Shown here piece by piece: positions 39,910-52,233 of a stretch of 58,084 nt of DNA. The notes under the pieces are model-generated. The model worked only from the letters and a program-made list of their open reading frames with translations. It searched no databases and was not told the DNA's origin. Source of the stretch: Atractiella rhizophila (Eukaryota); assembly GCA_021432655.1 (NCBI GenBank), contig MU271253.1, positions 62,001 to 120,084 of the forward strand, written 5' to 3'. The translations under genes and the position numbers were made by a program. Every line of letters starts with the position of its first letter. Position 1 is the first letter of the stretch.

Positions 39910-41090
39910 TCAAGCCAGCCTTTTGAGTACGAGGGCGAGTATGGCGGTGAGACAGGCGACGATGAGTCTGTCGAGCCAGACCGGGGGTGCTTCTCCGTTC
40001 CTCCTCCGCGGTCCAACGGCCCTTTCGGCAACCACGCCTCCCGCAGCTTGTGTATCTTCTCCACTGCCAGCAAGTGGAAGAGGAAGGGGAGGTGGAGCGT
40101 CGATGGAGGTGTTGGTTGAGCCTGAGTCGCTGCGAGGGATGGGGACTGCTTGGGGTGTGTTGTTGTGGGACGAATGAGAGTGGGAATGGGAATTGGAGTG
40201 GGAGTGAGAGATGGTGGGTGATGGGGGTCTGACGTGGATTGGGAGTTGGGGTAGAGGACTGGAGGGTGTTACATCGAGGTTTCCAATGGGAGAAAGAGGT
40301 ATAGTCTGTGTCGGTTCGTTCGGCGGAGCAGATCTCAACACCAGTTCTTCTCTCTGTTCCGTTTCCAAGTGTGCCACCGGCGGAGGGGGTGGCGGGGGGA
40401 GCAATTCGATGCAACTCTTCGCGCAATTCTCGCACACCCACGTCCTGCTCGCCTTCGCCAGCCTCCTCCTCTCCTCCTCTCCCGTCTCCAAACTCCCTAT
40501 CGCTCCCTTCGGATCCGTCAAGAAGAAGGCGGACAACCCGACCAGCGCAGTGCGGATCCCCCACGCGGGTTGCCAGGCCTCTTCGTGGTAGCCGGTGATG
40601 GAGAGACAGATTTTGGTGTGTGTTTGGAAGCGGCCGGAGGGCGTGAGGAGGAGGATGGACGGTGGGCGGAAGGGATATTCTGTTGGAAGCTGGATGGTTC
40701 CCTTTGTTAGTCAGACATATAGCATAGAGTAACGACATACAATCAACCGCCCGTGATAGATCCCTCCTTCGTATACAGAGCCAGAGGGGCCCCTAAGTGT
40801 GAAATGCCACTCGTACAAGTTATCCTATCCATCACAATGCCAGCAGCGCATAACACATCGCACACCAACGATAACAACCCGGCCACAAGAAAGAAGACAG
40901 CAAAGCACATCAACACCACGCTCGCATCCGACGGGGGCCAGAGAGAGAACAAAGAACATACCTCCAGAGGAGCAGCGTCGAAAGCCAAGCCTCCAACTCC
41001 AGCGCTCGCACGATCTTTCGCCAGCTCCCGCGCTTCTTGGAGGATGCGCTTTGTGCCTGACGATGTGGACTTTGCTACGGCGGCAGACAT
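39910..41090 (-). CDS. UBC6: ER tail-anchored ubiquitin-conjugating enzyme (UBE2J/Ubc6 class)
   Basis: KRILQEARE, DNLYEWHFTLRGP..YEGGIYHG, TPSGRF...KICLSITGYHEEAWQPAWGIRTAL, and C-terminal TM WLDRLIVACLTAILALVLKR. Confidence 0.9.
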
Positions 41091-41404
41091 TTTGGTCGTT
41101 CTCGCCTTCCTGCTGGAGAAGTAAAGGCGTAAGATGGTCTTACTGTTTGGTAGTAGGTGGATTAGTAGTGGAGTGTTCTTGGTGTGGCACGTGGAAGTGA
41201 TGACGGTCGATGATGATGGTCGATGATGGTCATGCGATAGGCTGCCCAACAGAGAGCAAACCACGATATCGTAGCTGTTGTTGGCTTTGCGTATCCCCCG
41301 CCAATCCAAAGCTCAGCCACCAAGTCGCTAGCGCTTCTACTGTCGCAAGGTGAGTCTGTCGCTGTCCGCACGAAAGGGAAATTCAAATGTGCATTCTAGT
41401 CACG

Positions 41405-42248
<844 letters not shown>

Positions 42249-42568
42249 GCCTGTGTTGACGTCTTCGGTGGAGTGAGATGAGATGGTGGAGAGGAGAGAA
42301 GATTCGCGTGAAGCCTTTGACGTTGTATACTATCTTATTATAACGAAGTACCCTACTACGATGACTTTCTTGAACGATTGCGCTTTGTCTCACAGTACAG
42401 CTATCAATTTATTAAACAGCTTGATATGAAGGCGGCTTCATGGTATTACACGGCAAGATTCCACCAACCAATTCTCAACCGCTAAGCTGATGTTCGGGCT
42501 GGTACCGTGTGGGTAGCTTGATCCTCTCTTCGGAAGGACAAAATGTGATTCTCCTTTTGTTCCGTGCT

Positions 42569-44263
42569 TCAGGGGCTCGACGCGGCGTCGCTCTGCCATT
42601 TCTCTCAATTGCAATGTCCCTCTTGGTAAGCATACTCGACGTGACGTACATGTTCCTCTGCGCCTGGATTGGCGGCGACAAGGTAATGGTCTGCGTCTTG
42701 ACACCTTTCTGAAGGCCCTTTATGGGCTTCGAAAGCCGTCGTACTTTCTGTTTACCTTCCTATGAAGCAGCGAGAGACCACACGGAAAGAACTGACCGAA
42801 TAATTTGGCGCAGCACAGACAAAGAATCTGATCATGCCGCCCTGGAGGAGGAAGATGAAAGGTCGGTTTGCCCGCACATCCAGGCATTTTTTTCCAATGC
42901 ACTGCAGGAGAGCATTTCAAGGTTCCAGCTATGCGCTCAGGTTAAGGAGAGCCTATCAGAAATGGTCGACCACGTACAAAACACCTGTTTGCAACCTGTG
43001 CATATTCTACGCTCTCCTATATGGTGCTGACGCTCATGCCTGGCTAAATCGTTAGCCCTTATATTAGAGTCAGCTTTAGATTCACACGAGCAATGATGTC
43101 CTCTGCAGAAAAACAGCGGAGCATTCTGGGCAGGTCGTGTAGTCCTTCATTCGCTCCCGAAACTTTGCGTAGAGCGCAGACCTTTCCTTGAACGAAGGAA
43201 TGTGAAGGCATCGTCCATCCTTACAACCTGGAGACATGCTCTCTCTACGGTGCCGGTCATATTCATCTTCTAGATCTGCAAACGCGTGATTTATAGCTCA
43301 AGATCAACGTAGAGGTCAACCCACCGAAAGATACTTCGCAGGCGGAACAAATCCAATTGGCCTTTATTTGATCCTTCGGAGCGAAGACCAGACGACCAGT
43401 CTTGCACTCCGGCAGCGTGAACCGTTTATCCCGATGTTGTTTCGCATTTTTTGTTTTGGCTACATCAATTGAAAAGAGTGATTAACGAACGATCGGCGCT
43501 GAGGAAACTCACAGAAACCAAGACCGCAGCCTGTGCAAAGATATAAAACAGCATCATCGTGAATTATTCGTATGTGCCTGCATGAAAACTTTCTTTAGTA
43601 TTGCCGCAGGGGATCCCAATGAAAATTTACTCATTCAGCTGAGCTTTTGACTTCACGCGGAAGGAACAATGTGCACATTCGTAAGGATATTCCGCTGCTT
43701 TTCCAGCACGCTGTTCGTTCAATCCTTTTCTTAGACGCCTGAATACTGTTTCCATGTTAGCCTGTGCAGACCGGAAGATTGTTCCTACCCTCCCGCCGCT
43801 GAAACCTGGTCAAGTCGTAGTCTGAATACACCTTTCAGCAGAACCTTATAATGCAGTCAAAGATCACTTTCCTTTTGCCGTGAATTTGCTCTTCGGTTGA
43901 TATTTCCGCTCTGTCTGGAATGCTTGAGACAACAGCTCATTGCGACGTTGAATCGTTACTAGACGACAACGCCTCAGAACGATTGTCAGGAAGGATATCG
44001 CGAAAAGGCCTACATCCTCGGGAAGACTTGCGCGGTGATTCCTTGTCGTCCGCACTTGCATGCTTCCTATAAGGAGTTAGTGACTGGCTGGTATTTACAC
44101 TATTGAACGCCTACATTTCCTCAGTCAGCTTCTCGACCTCAATTTCCTTTACAGGCTGTTCAACGCCGATCTCAGAAGTGGTACGGTTTTGAGTCAGCCG
44201 TCTGATGCTCGTGCAGTGTGACGTGGAGAGGATTGGGACGCGAAAAGTCATGCTGCGAAACAT
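42569..44263 (-). CDS. multi-zinc-finger protein with presequence-like N-terminus, copy C
   Basis: Start MFRSMTFRVPILSTSHCTSIRRLTQN. Also TIQRRNEL, EYPYECAHC, KANWICSAC, DYTTCPEC..HERQHH, ICTGC and QILCLCCAKLF..AHKGPSERC. Same intron positions as copy A. Confidence 0.72.
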
Positions 44264-44884
44264 TCCTTCGACAACAAGTTTTCAGTTAGCACTGGTAAAT
44301 TTCAGGAGTGCGGAGGGCTCAAAATCGGACTACATTTAAAACTCTAATCCTTCTGCTACTTCGCGTGTTCATTCAACATAAAATCAACATAGGTCCAGTT
44401 GTAGATCCTTTAGAAAAGTGGCAGTTGTCAAGCTGTTTGCTAGTGCGAAAGTTATACACTAGTTTGGAGGGAGAAAAGGTCTGGCTATGCTAAAAGAAAG
44501 GGAACCGCTGGAAAAACAATGGAGCAGGCACATACTTGAAGTCAACATGTTCCCAGGTCCTGTCATCCAGATACCACCCTAAGTTTCTGTATATTACGAA
44601 AAGTGGCGGAAATGACCGTGCGCAGCGTGTTATGTCTACTAATGCGATTAAGAGGGAAGATGCGTATTATTTGGGAGGATATTCAAGAGGTGGGAAGATG
44701 GACGGAAGCATGCGGGGAGCCGAGGGGTGAGAGGGGAACCGAGGAGGTAGTCTGAATTTTAAACACCATGGATTAATGTCGATTAATCCCAATTAACATC
44801 AAATTAATATTCAGTTTTGGCACGTGTTTTGTCTGTCTGGAGGAGGAAGCTCTATTTTTTCAAGACGGAAATTCTCCCTCAATC

Positions 44885-45236
44885 ATGGTGGCCCCCTCCA
44901 TTCTCTCCCGAAGAACGGCGTCTCAGTGGGTACTTCTTTCAGCCTTGTTCAATGCTCTGAACTGGATACAGATGTAGTACCTCGCTACTCCTCTGTCGGC
45001 GTCTATCGTCGACAACATCCTCTCCCAAACCGCCATCGCGTCATCTCTCCCTGTACAGGGACATCATTCCTTCGATGGCGTTACCTCTTGGAGTTTGTCT
45101 CCTCACCTTCTACGGTTTACGTGTGTACCAACAGCGGTGGAGTTGGGAGGAGGAGCGCGCTCTTCTCGAGAAGGAAGTGGACGGTTTCAAAAGCGAAGTT
45201 GACGTTCTTTTGGACCGCCAAAAACGCAAGGTGTAG
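44885..45236 (+). CDS. small predicted mitochondrial single-TM/coiled-coil protein (Ina17-like), 2 exons
   Basis: Spliced MVAPSILSRRTASHTSLLLCRRLSSTTSSPKPPSRHLSLYRDIIPSMALPLGVCLLTFYGLRVYQQRWSWEEERALLEKEVDGFKSEVDVLLDRQKRKV*, i.e. presequence, TM, coiled coil. Confidence 0.6.
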
Positions 45237-45537
45237 CTGGTCATGGGGGTGAATTTTGTGGAAATGCTATCTTCGTATCTGGGAGGAGGAAGAGTCAAAC
45301 GTTGCATTGTGCAAGACCAACGCGTTGGCGCGGGTAGGATCTCAGAATGCAACCGCGGAAGAAGCTGAGACAGTCCAAACAAGCCTCTTCGATGGTGCAT
45401 TCAAAAATGCAAATGAGCTTTTCAATTTTGGGCACAAGCTCCTGCGCAAGCTCAGAAGGCAGTTGAGCTTGTCAGATACGCAAACGAGTCACCGTTCTGT
45501 GAGCCTCCATTAGACACAACGTCCACCCAGATGCATA

Positions 45538-47164
45538 TCATCCAAAAAACGCACCCTCCGTGGTACGACTAGCAATACCATAACCTTCGGCATTGAAACA
45601 CGCGTTTGAGACTCTTTTATGGGAATTAAATGCCTTCCTGGTATCTATTTACCATCTCTCCATGAGCTGGAAACGACATGACGATATCAAAAAGGGACAT
45701 ACCCCATATTTTACCGCAACATAGACAGAGAATCTGGCAGCCTGGTCTGGGAGCAGGGACATAAAACCACCCCGCACGGCTACATGTATCTGTATTCGTC
45801 TGATGCTGCCGAAGAGCACGGTCCGTAGCTTCGCGCTCATAATGATGAGAATCCATGAGGTTATGGTGGAACGCGTACCATACAGCTGTTTGCAACCAGT
45901 GCATATTACACGCTCTCCTTGGTGGTCCATGCGCTGGTGCCTATATCCATGAGCTACCTCGTTGGAGTTTGACCTTGCGGCTCACTTGTACAACGTTGCT
46001 TTGTTAAGAAAAGCAGTCGAGCATGTTGGGCAAGTCGGATACTTCTTCAGTTGCTCCACGAATTTTGAGGACGTAGCGGACCTTTCCTCTAAGGAAGGAA
46101 TGTGAAGGGATCGTCCGGTGTTACAAGCTGGCAAGGTGCTCTCGCTTCGATGTCGCTCATACTCATCTTTCGATTCTACAAGCAAGTCAAACGTAGCTCA
46201 CTATCGACTCACAGGTGACGCACCAAAAGATACTTCGCAAGCGGAACAGATCCAATTCGCCCCCGTTTGGTCTCTCGGAGCAACTATGAAACGACTATTG
46301 CGACACTCCAGCGGCGTAAAGCGCTGGATTTGATGTTTTCGAGCATTCGTCTTTGTTGCTGGAAGGTTCGTACGGAGAGTTACAGCTCAATGATGTCAGC
46401 AAAATTAACACAGAACGCACAAAAACCGCGACCACAAGCGGAGCAGAGATGCGACACTGCATCATCGTGATTGATTCGGATATGGCTGCATCAGAGGGAT
46501 CGGTTTTACTGCATGAACCTTGGTCATAAAAATTACCTTTTTAAATTCCCGGAAACTTTCGAACGGAAAGGGCAATGGGGGCATTCATGAGGATATTCCT
46601 CGACTTTCCCCGCCCGTCCTTCAACTAATCGCATTATTCGGCGCGTATGACCTGTTCCGGTTAAATAGACGTTGCAGGATGCAAGTTGTTCTTACCCTGC
46701 CGCCACTGAAACCGAGCCAATTCCACATCTGAACGAATTGTTCAGCAAAGACGTTTGCAATGCAGTCAAAATGTACTTTCCTTTGAATGCCGATTTCGCG
46801 AGCTTTTCACGTCTTTGATGGTTCTGAGCATTAGACAGTAGCTTATTCCGAAGTTCAATTGTTCCTGAAAGTGATGACAAATCAGAGAGATTCTCGAACT
46901 AGCACAGGACGGACGTGGTCCTAGGGCACGCCCACCCTTCCTTTTGCCTGCGTTTATTTTCCTACAAGAGTTTAATGTCAGCCAGGCCAGCGTTACAGGT
47001 AAAGCTTACACTTCCGAAAAAGGTTTCTCAAACTCGACCTCGGCTTCCTTCACATTCTCTTCCCCCTCAATTCCAGAGCCGCTCTCGTTGTGTGCAAACC
47101 GTCTAATGATGGTGAAACGCGCTCGAGAGTGGTGCAGGCCGCGAAAAGGCAGGCTACGAAGCAT
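45538..47164 (-). CDS. multi-zinc-finger protein with presequence-like N-terminus, copy B (closest to copy A)
   Basis: Start MLRSLPFRGLHHSRARFTIIRRFAHN. Also EYPHECPHC, ANWICSAC, KYPTCPTC, ICTGCKQLY and QILCLCCGK..NSHKRVSNAC. High nucleotide similarity to 26207-27823 in inverted orientation. Confidence 0.75.
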
Positions 47165-47819
47165 CCCTATATCGGGCTCATTCAGTCAAAGGCAGGTTTA
47201 GAGAACACGCAACAACACAAAGCTTCCAGTTTGACGTTTGGGGTCAACGTCCCAAAATTGCCATGGATAGGATGGTGACGGCGTCACAAAGCGAAATAAA
47301 CAGAAAATGGATATCCGCTTGCATATTTTCTGTGCCCTTCCAATGATTGGTTTGATAGATGAAAGGGAAAGCATAATCGGCCCAAGCTCACCCTCATGAG
47401 TCTAGCGACATCTTGGGTCCCAGGTTTAAACAGCAGTACACAGTCGCAACAGATCAAGAAGAGCTTGGTCTCAGGAAATTTGACTGAGGTCACACTTGAA
47501 AGCGAGAGTGATCCCAACATAAGTGAAGGAATTAAGAACTGAAGTTGGCTGAAACAAAGACGACACGTACCTATCGCCGACATGCCAGTTCAATCCAATA
47601 GCGGGTTCTGCGTATCCCAATATTAAATAATTCCCCAAAATGCGCTTGGCAAGCTGCTCTAAACGGTCCACTGACAAAGGAGAGAACTGGGAAGCGGACG
47701 GAAATTCAAAGCAAACTTTAAACGCAGTCAGCACAGGTAGCACGGGAGGTAGCAGTGTTTGAGGATTCTGAGGGCTCATGACAAAGTGGATACTGTCTGC
47801 ATGTGGTAGAGTCAGCGAT

Positions 47820-48350
47820 TCGTCCATACGCACTCTATTTCTACGTCGTCCTCCTTCTCTCCTCCTCCCTCGGCCCAATCCCAAGGAACTGGACCACGAC
47901 ATTTGACTATCCATAAGCTCCTCCTATGAGTCTTCTCTACCCTCCACCACCCTCCGCAAATTCTCTTGCAAAGACGCCTTCATGTCACAAACGGGCACCA
48001 CAAAAACCACTTCCCGTGCTCAGCGTGAGGGAGAAGACTGTTCAAAGAGCCTAAATTTGAACGCAGAACAAGCGGAGCATCGCAGAGGAGACTGAGGCTG
48101 AAAGCGGCTCTCGAAACTTAAGCGCACGCAGCACCTCCCTGCTCTCTATCGATGATTTCTCCCTGCTCCTCCGCCTCGCTCTCCTCCTAACCTCTTCGCT
48201 AACCACCCTTATCAATGGAACTCTGACGGTGAAACCACGATCGCTAAGGCTCTCGCGGAAGTTGGCGGATGCAGCGTTGTGTTCGGTGGTTCTTAACCTG
48301 ATGGCAGTCCAAGCTGGATCGGTTCGTGGGACGGATGAAGAGACGGATCA
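47820..48350 (+). pseudogene. degenerate fragment of the PEX11-family gene at 22803-24364
   Basis: Aligns by eye to the reverse complement of ~23420-24000 (e.g. tttctacgtc, ccaccctccgcaaattc, aggctgaaagc, ctcctcctaacctcttc, ggttcgtgggacg), with indels and stops. Confidence 0.85.
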
Positions 48351-49025
48351 GCAAAGTCTGTATTGTCCCACAAGCACTCCGACTTTTCATTTTCCAGCCC
48401 CGCCTCGACTTGCCTTGGCTTTACCCTCAAGGACTCTACAATCAAATAGTAGAAAACCTTCAAAGATGTCTGACGATACTTGATGTATGGTAGGCCATCT
48501 CGACGCCATTTACTCAATTTTATCATGGAGGATGCTCATACAACGTTGCACACCCTAATACGGTAACATACTCTCTGAGCGATCCTGAGTCGATGCATAT
48601 GCGCCATACCATATACAGTAGAGATTCGACGGAACTTCACCCATGTTACAGTTCCACTTTAACATGCGCGTTCCTTCACGTGCTCCGCCCAACAACCTCA
48701 GATGGACGTTTCCCGGCGTTTCCGTCCACTTGCTATATGCTGCGCACACTAAATAGTTTACAGTGATGACATGTTGATGTTAAGTGAGTATCTGCTCTCA
48801 GTTCATTTGTTTTGTTCCTTTGCTGTCAGTTGCAAGTGCGACATTGGTTATTCACGCCGCAACCTGACTGTGTTGGAGTTCACTTGAATGATATAATAGA
48901 AGAAAGAAGAAACGTTGCTACCAAGAAGAGTCTCAAAATGTTTATGATAATAATAGATATAGGCAGTCTCCTAATGTGTTTTATAGCGCTTTTGGTAGGG
49001 GAGAAGCTCACTCTCTACGCAGTTC

Positions 49026-50675
49026 ATGCAACCCATTCGCCATGTATTGAATCCTGCATGCTCTCGACACCTCACCAGTTCTAAACTGATCTATGGAGCA
49101 GGGAAGGTTCCCAGATTCCCTTTCCTTGGCGTGCTACACTCCCCGTCACACGTCACCATCGTCCGACGGCTTACACACAACGCTGCAAGTTCTGGAACTG
49201 AGAGTGAACAAAATGCAAAGGAATCGGAAACTGAGAAACCGTATGTCGAAGTTTAAGCTCATGTTCTCTCTGGGCTCTAAACCTCTACAGAAAGGTAAAT
49301 CGTAGCATCGAGAAACAACAGAAGAAGAAAGGCAGAGAACCACGTCTGTCCCGCAGCGACATTTGGGAAAATGTCTGATCCTCCATCACTTCTAGGAACA
49401 ATTCATCGTCGCAATGAACTACTATCTCGACCTCGCCGCGCAATGCGGAAAATCCAGGTTGCTGAGGAGTCTGAAATGAAGAGGAAATCAATAGATTATT
49501 TAATGGCAAGATTTCAAGTTCGAGAAGGTGAGGATAATTTTTGCATTCTGCACAAACCATTGATGTCAAAGCAGGCCGTAAACGACGAGCAGAGCAATTA
49601 ATCGAGGAACGTGCTGGAAAAGCGGCGGAATACCCGCACCAGTGCCCCCATTGCTCTGTCCGTGCAAAAAGACGTAGTCATTTGTCAACGTAAGATTCTT
49701 ATCAAGCTTCTCTGATAAAGAGCTGATCTCTGTGATAAAGACACATACGAATCGTCCATGACGATGCTATTTCACATCTTTGCTCGGGCTGTGGCCAAGG
49801 ATTTTGTAAGTTTCTTTTACTGCAGATCATTCACCTATTATTACTGAGGATCTGTCTAGCAATGGGGTCGACTGTGCGAAAACACCAAACCTGGCACACC
49901 GCGCCATTGGAGTGTAGGAGTGGTCGTCTTGTCGTTGCTCCGAAAGACCAAACAAAAGCAAATTGGATATGTTCTGGCTGCGACACATCATTTGGTGTGT
50001 GGACCTGAGCTGATATTATGCCATGAATGACCGTTTTATAGACTTGGAAGATGAATATAAGCATCATCGGGTCGAGAGCAGTTCTCCAGCTTGTCAAACT
50101 GGACGATGCTTTCACATTCCATCATTCGAGGAAAGGATGGCGCTGTACGCGAAGTTTCGCGAGCGAATGAAGGACTACCACACCTGCCCAAAATGCTCGG
50201 CTAATTTTAAAGAGAAAGGAACATTACTTCGGTGAGCCTGCAAGGCATAACTGGCAGGACCTGATCATGTGACCGTAGGCATTACCGCTGGATCCACCAA
50301 CGAGAACGTATGATATGCACAGGTTGTGAGACGGTGTACTGTACGCGCTCTACCATCTCTCATAAATCCCCTCATTCTTTGCATAAAAGCCTCTCTCATG
50401 TCTTACTGGACGCACATGAGGAAGTCAGACGATTGCAAGGGCACGCCGTGGTTCTATGTACCTGCTCCGGGACCAGAAGATCAGGTTCTCTGCCTATGCT
50501 GCGGCAGAATAAGCGGTCCGTCTTTCTCGTTCAATATTGTGAGGTCTTTTTCAGTTCATAATGGGAAACAGAAGGCGTAACGACTTTTAAGTCCCATAAA
50601 ACAGACTCAGATACTTGTTTGAATGCTCAAGGTTACCTTATTCCTGCACAAGGCAGCGCGTCTGTTCGTTCGTAA
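49026..50675 (+). CDS. multi-zinc-finger protein with presequence-like N-terminus, copy D (closest to copy C)
   Basis: MQPIRHVL...VTIVRRLTHN, TIHRRNEL, EYPHQCPHC..HIRIVH, KANWICSGC, DYHTCPKC..HYRWIH, ICTGC, QVLCLCCGRI..SHKTDSDTC. Confidence 0.72.
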
Positions 50676-52233
50676 CGGTATACCTAGTTTGGCTGTCTAA
50701 TAGAGTATCGTAGAGTGGTAACTAGCCGGGTCGCTGATACGCCGTCGTCCGGCTACTCATGGTGCTTTGTTCGCGACACCGCAGCAAGCTCATTTGCAAC
50801 TCTGAAACTGCTGTATGGGAAGAGTTGCCTCGCTCAGCGTAGAAAAGAAAAGACATTTGCATTTCTGCTTTTACCTAGCCACTTGGAACTGAAAGAAGAG
50901 ACTGGATTTCCATCCCCGTCCCCTCGCTTTCACTACCTTCCCCCTCCCCTCCTCGCACAGCCACCAGCCCATGCCGAGTCTTTCACCGTAACTCGGAAGA
51001 TGGAGGATGTGATGCTGGTAGCGGCGTCTGAGCCTCTGGGAGGACGCAGCCCTCCCTGCTCGCCACCATCAGACGACCTCTCCCTCTACGTGCTCTTCTC
51101 CTCGCTTGGTCCGTCCTCACAACTGTCCACGCGGCTCCCCAGTGCCCAGATCCATATTCCCCAGATCCAGATCCAGGACCTGCCTGGACAATTGCGGCCG
51201 CTATGACGGCGGTGAGACAGTCCAATTGCTTCTTCTTGATCCCGATGGATTCAAGGGTTTAGGAGTTTGGTTCAGTTCAGATTGAACTTTTGCATGCTTT
51301 CATGGCTCACATGGGGCTTTGGAGCTGAACTATGCTCAAAACCCTTCCATGGCTTGTCGACAGGTCGTAGACTGTATTAATAATGGAGTCAGAAGAGTGT
51401 CATTCCATAAAAGATTCTGTAACGTTGGACGATACGTGCTAGAAATCGAGCCACTAGAAGCTGAGGCATTGAATTCACTGAAGTCCACCCCACTAGAGAC
51501 GGCAAAATGAAGGTGACGGTGGTCTACTTTCTTCGGAGAATCAGCACGACTGGGTTCGAATGTCAATGTTAAGTCACGATATCCAGTGGGTTCAACCACA
51601 CAACTCCAACTAATTGCCGCCGACCCACTGGCTGAACTCAGTCACACCAGCTCAGACCTCGTTGCCGAAGGCGAATATCTCCTTGTTTTCGTTGCTGCCT
51701 GGACCTCCCTTGACGTACGTACATGGTTTGGTTTGGATGGACTTTTCGGTCCTGCGTTTTGACGCTCTCGATTTGAGCAGAGGCAGCACGGTTGGCGGTG
51801 CTTGCAAGCAATGAATTGGACAACACAACTTGATCTTGATATGAGATCGGTTGGTCGTCAAACATTCAAACATTCAACATTATTAATTCATCGGCCGCGT
51901 CTGCAGACACGGTTCCTGTTTGTGATGAATCGGCTCCAGAGCTCAGGCTGAGATCAAATAGATCCAGATGGAACAGCGTCGCCGCATTTTACGCGGAGAG
52001 TCTCCTCCTCTTTGGACAATGGAAGCTGGGGCAGTGAGTGGGTGAAGGAAAACATCGACACCTCCCATTCATTTCCCGCACAGAATGTATGCACTCCAAC
52101 TTTTAACTTGGCACAGCTATCTCTCCGTTCGTGGAATCACAGAGACCTTCAAAAGCCTGTTTGTATCAATATTCCCCCCTGAACCTGCCAGCAACGGCAC
52201 TCCATCAACTTTTGTGGATATTGATTTTTCGTC

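Noticed and set aside
39857..40738. 293-aa ORF and several antisense ORFs
   Set aside because: They are alternative frames or shadows of the UBC6 coding exon.
50970..51260. Possible F-box-like remnant (MPSLSP*...EDVMLVAAS)
   Set aside because: Early stop and too little similarity to support a call.
51545..51600. GGGTTCGAAT resembling a tRNA T-loop
   Set aside because: The flanks do not form a T-stem or cloverleaf.
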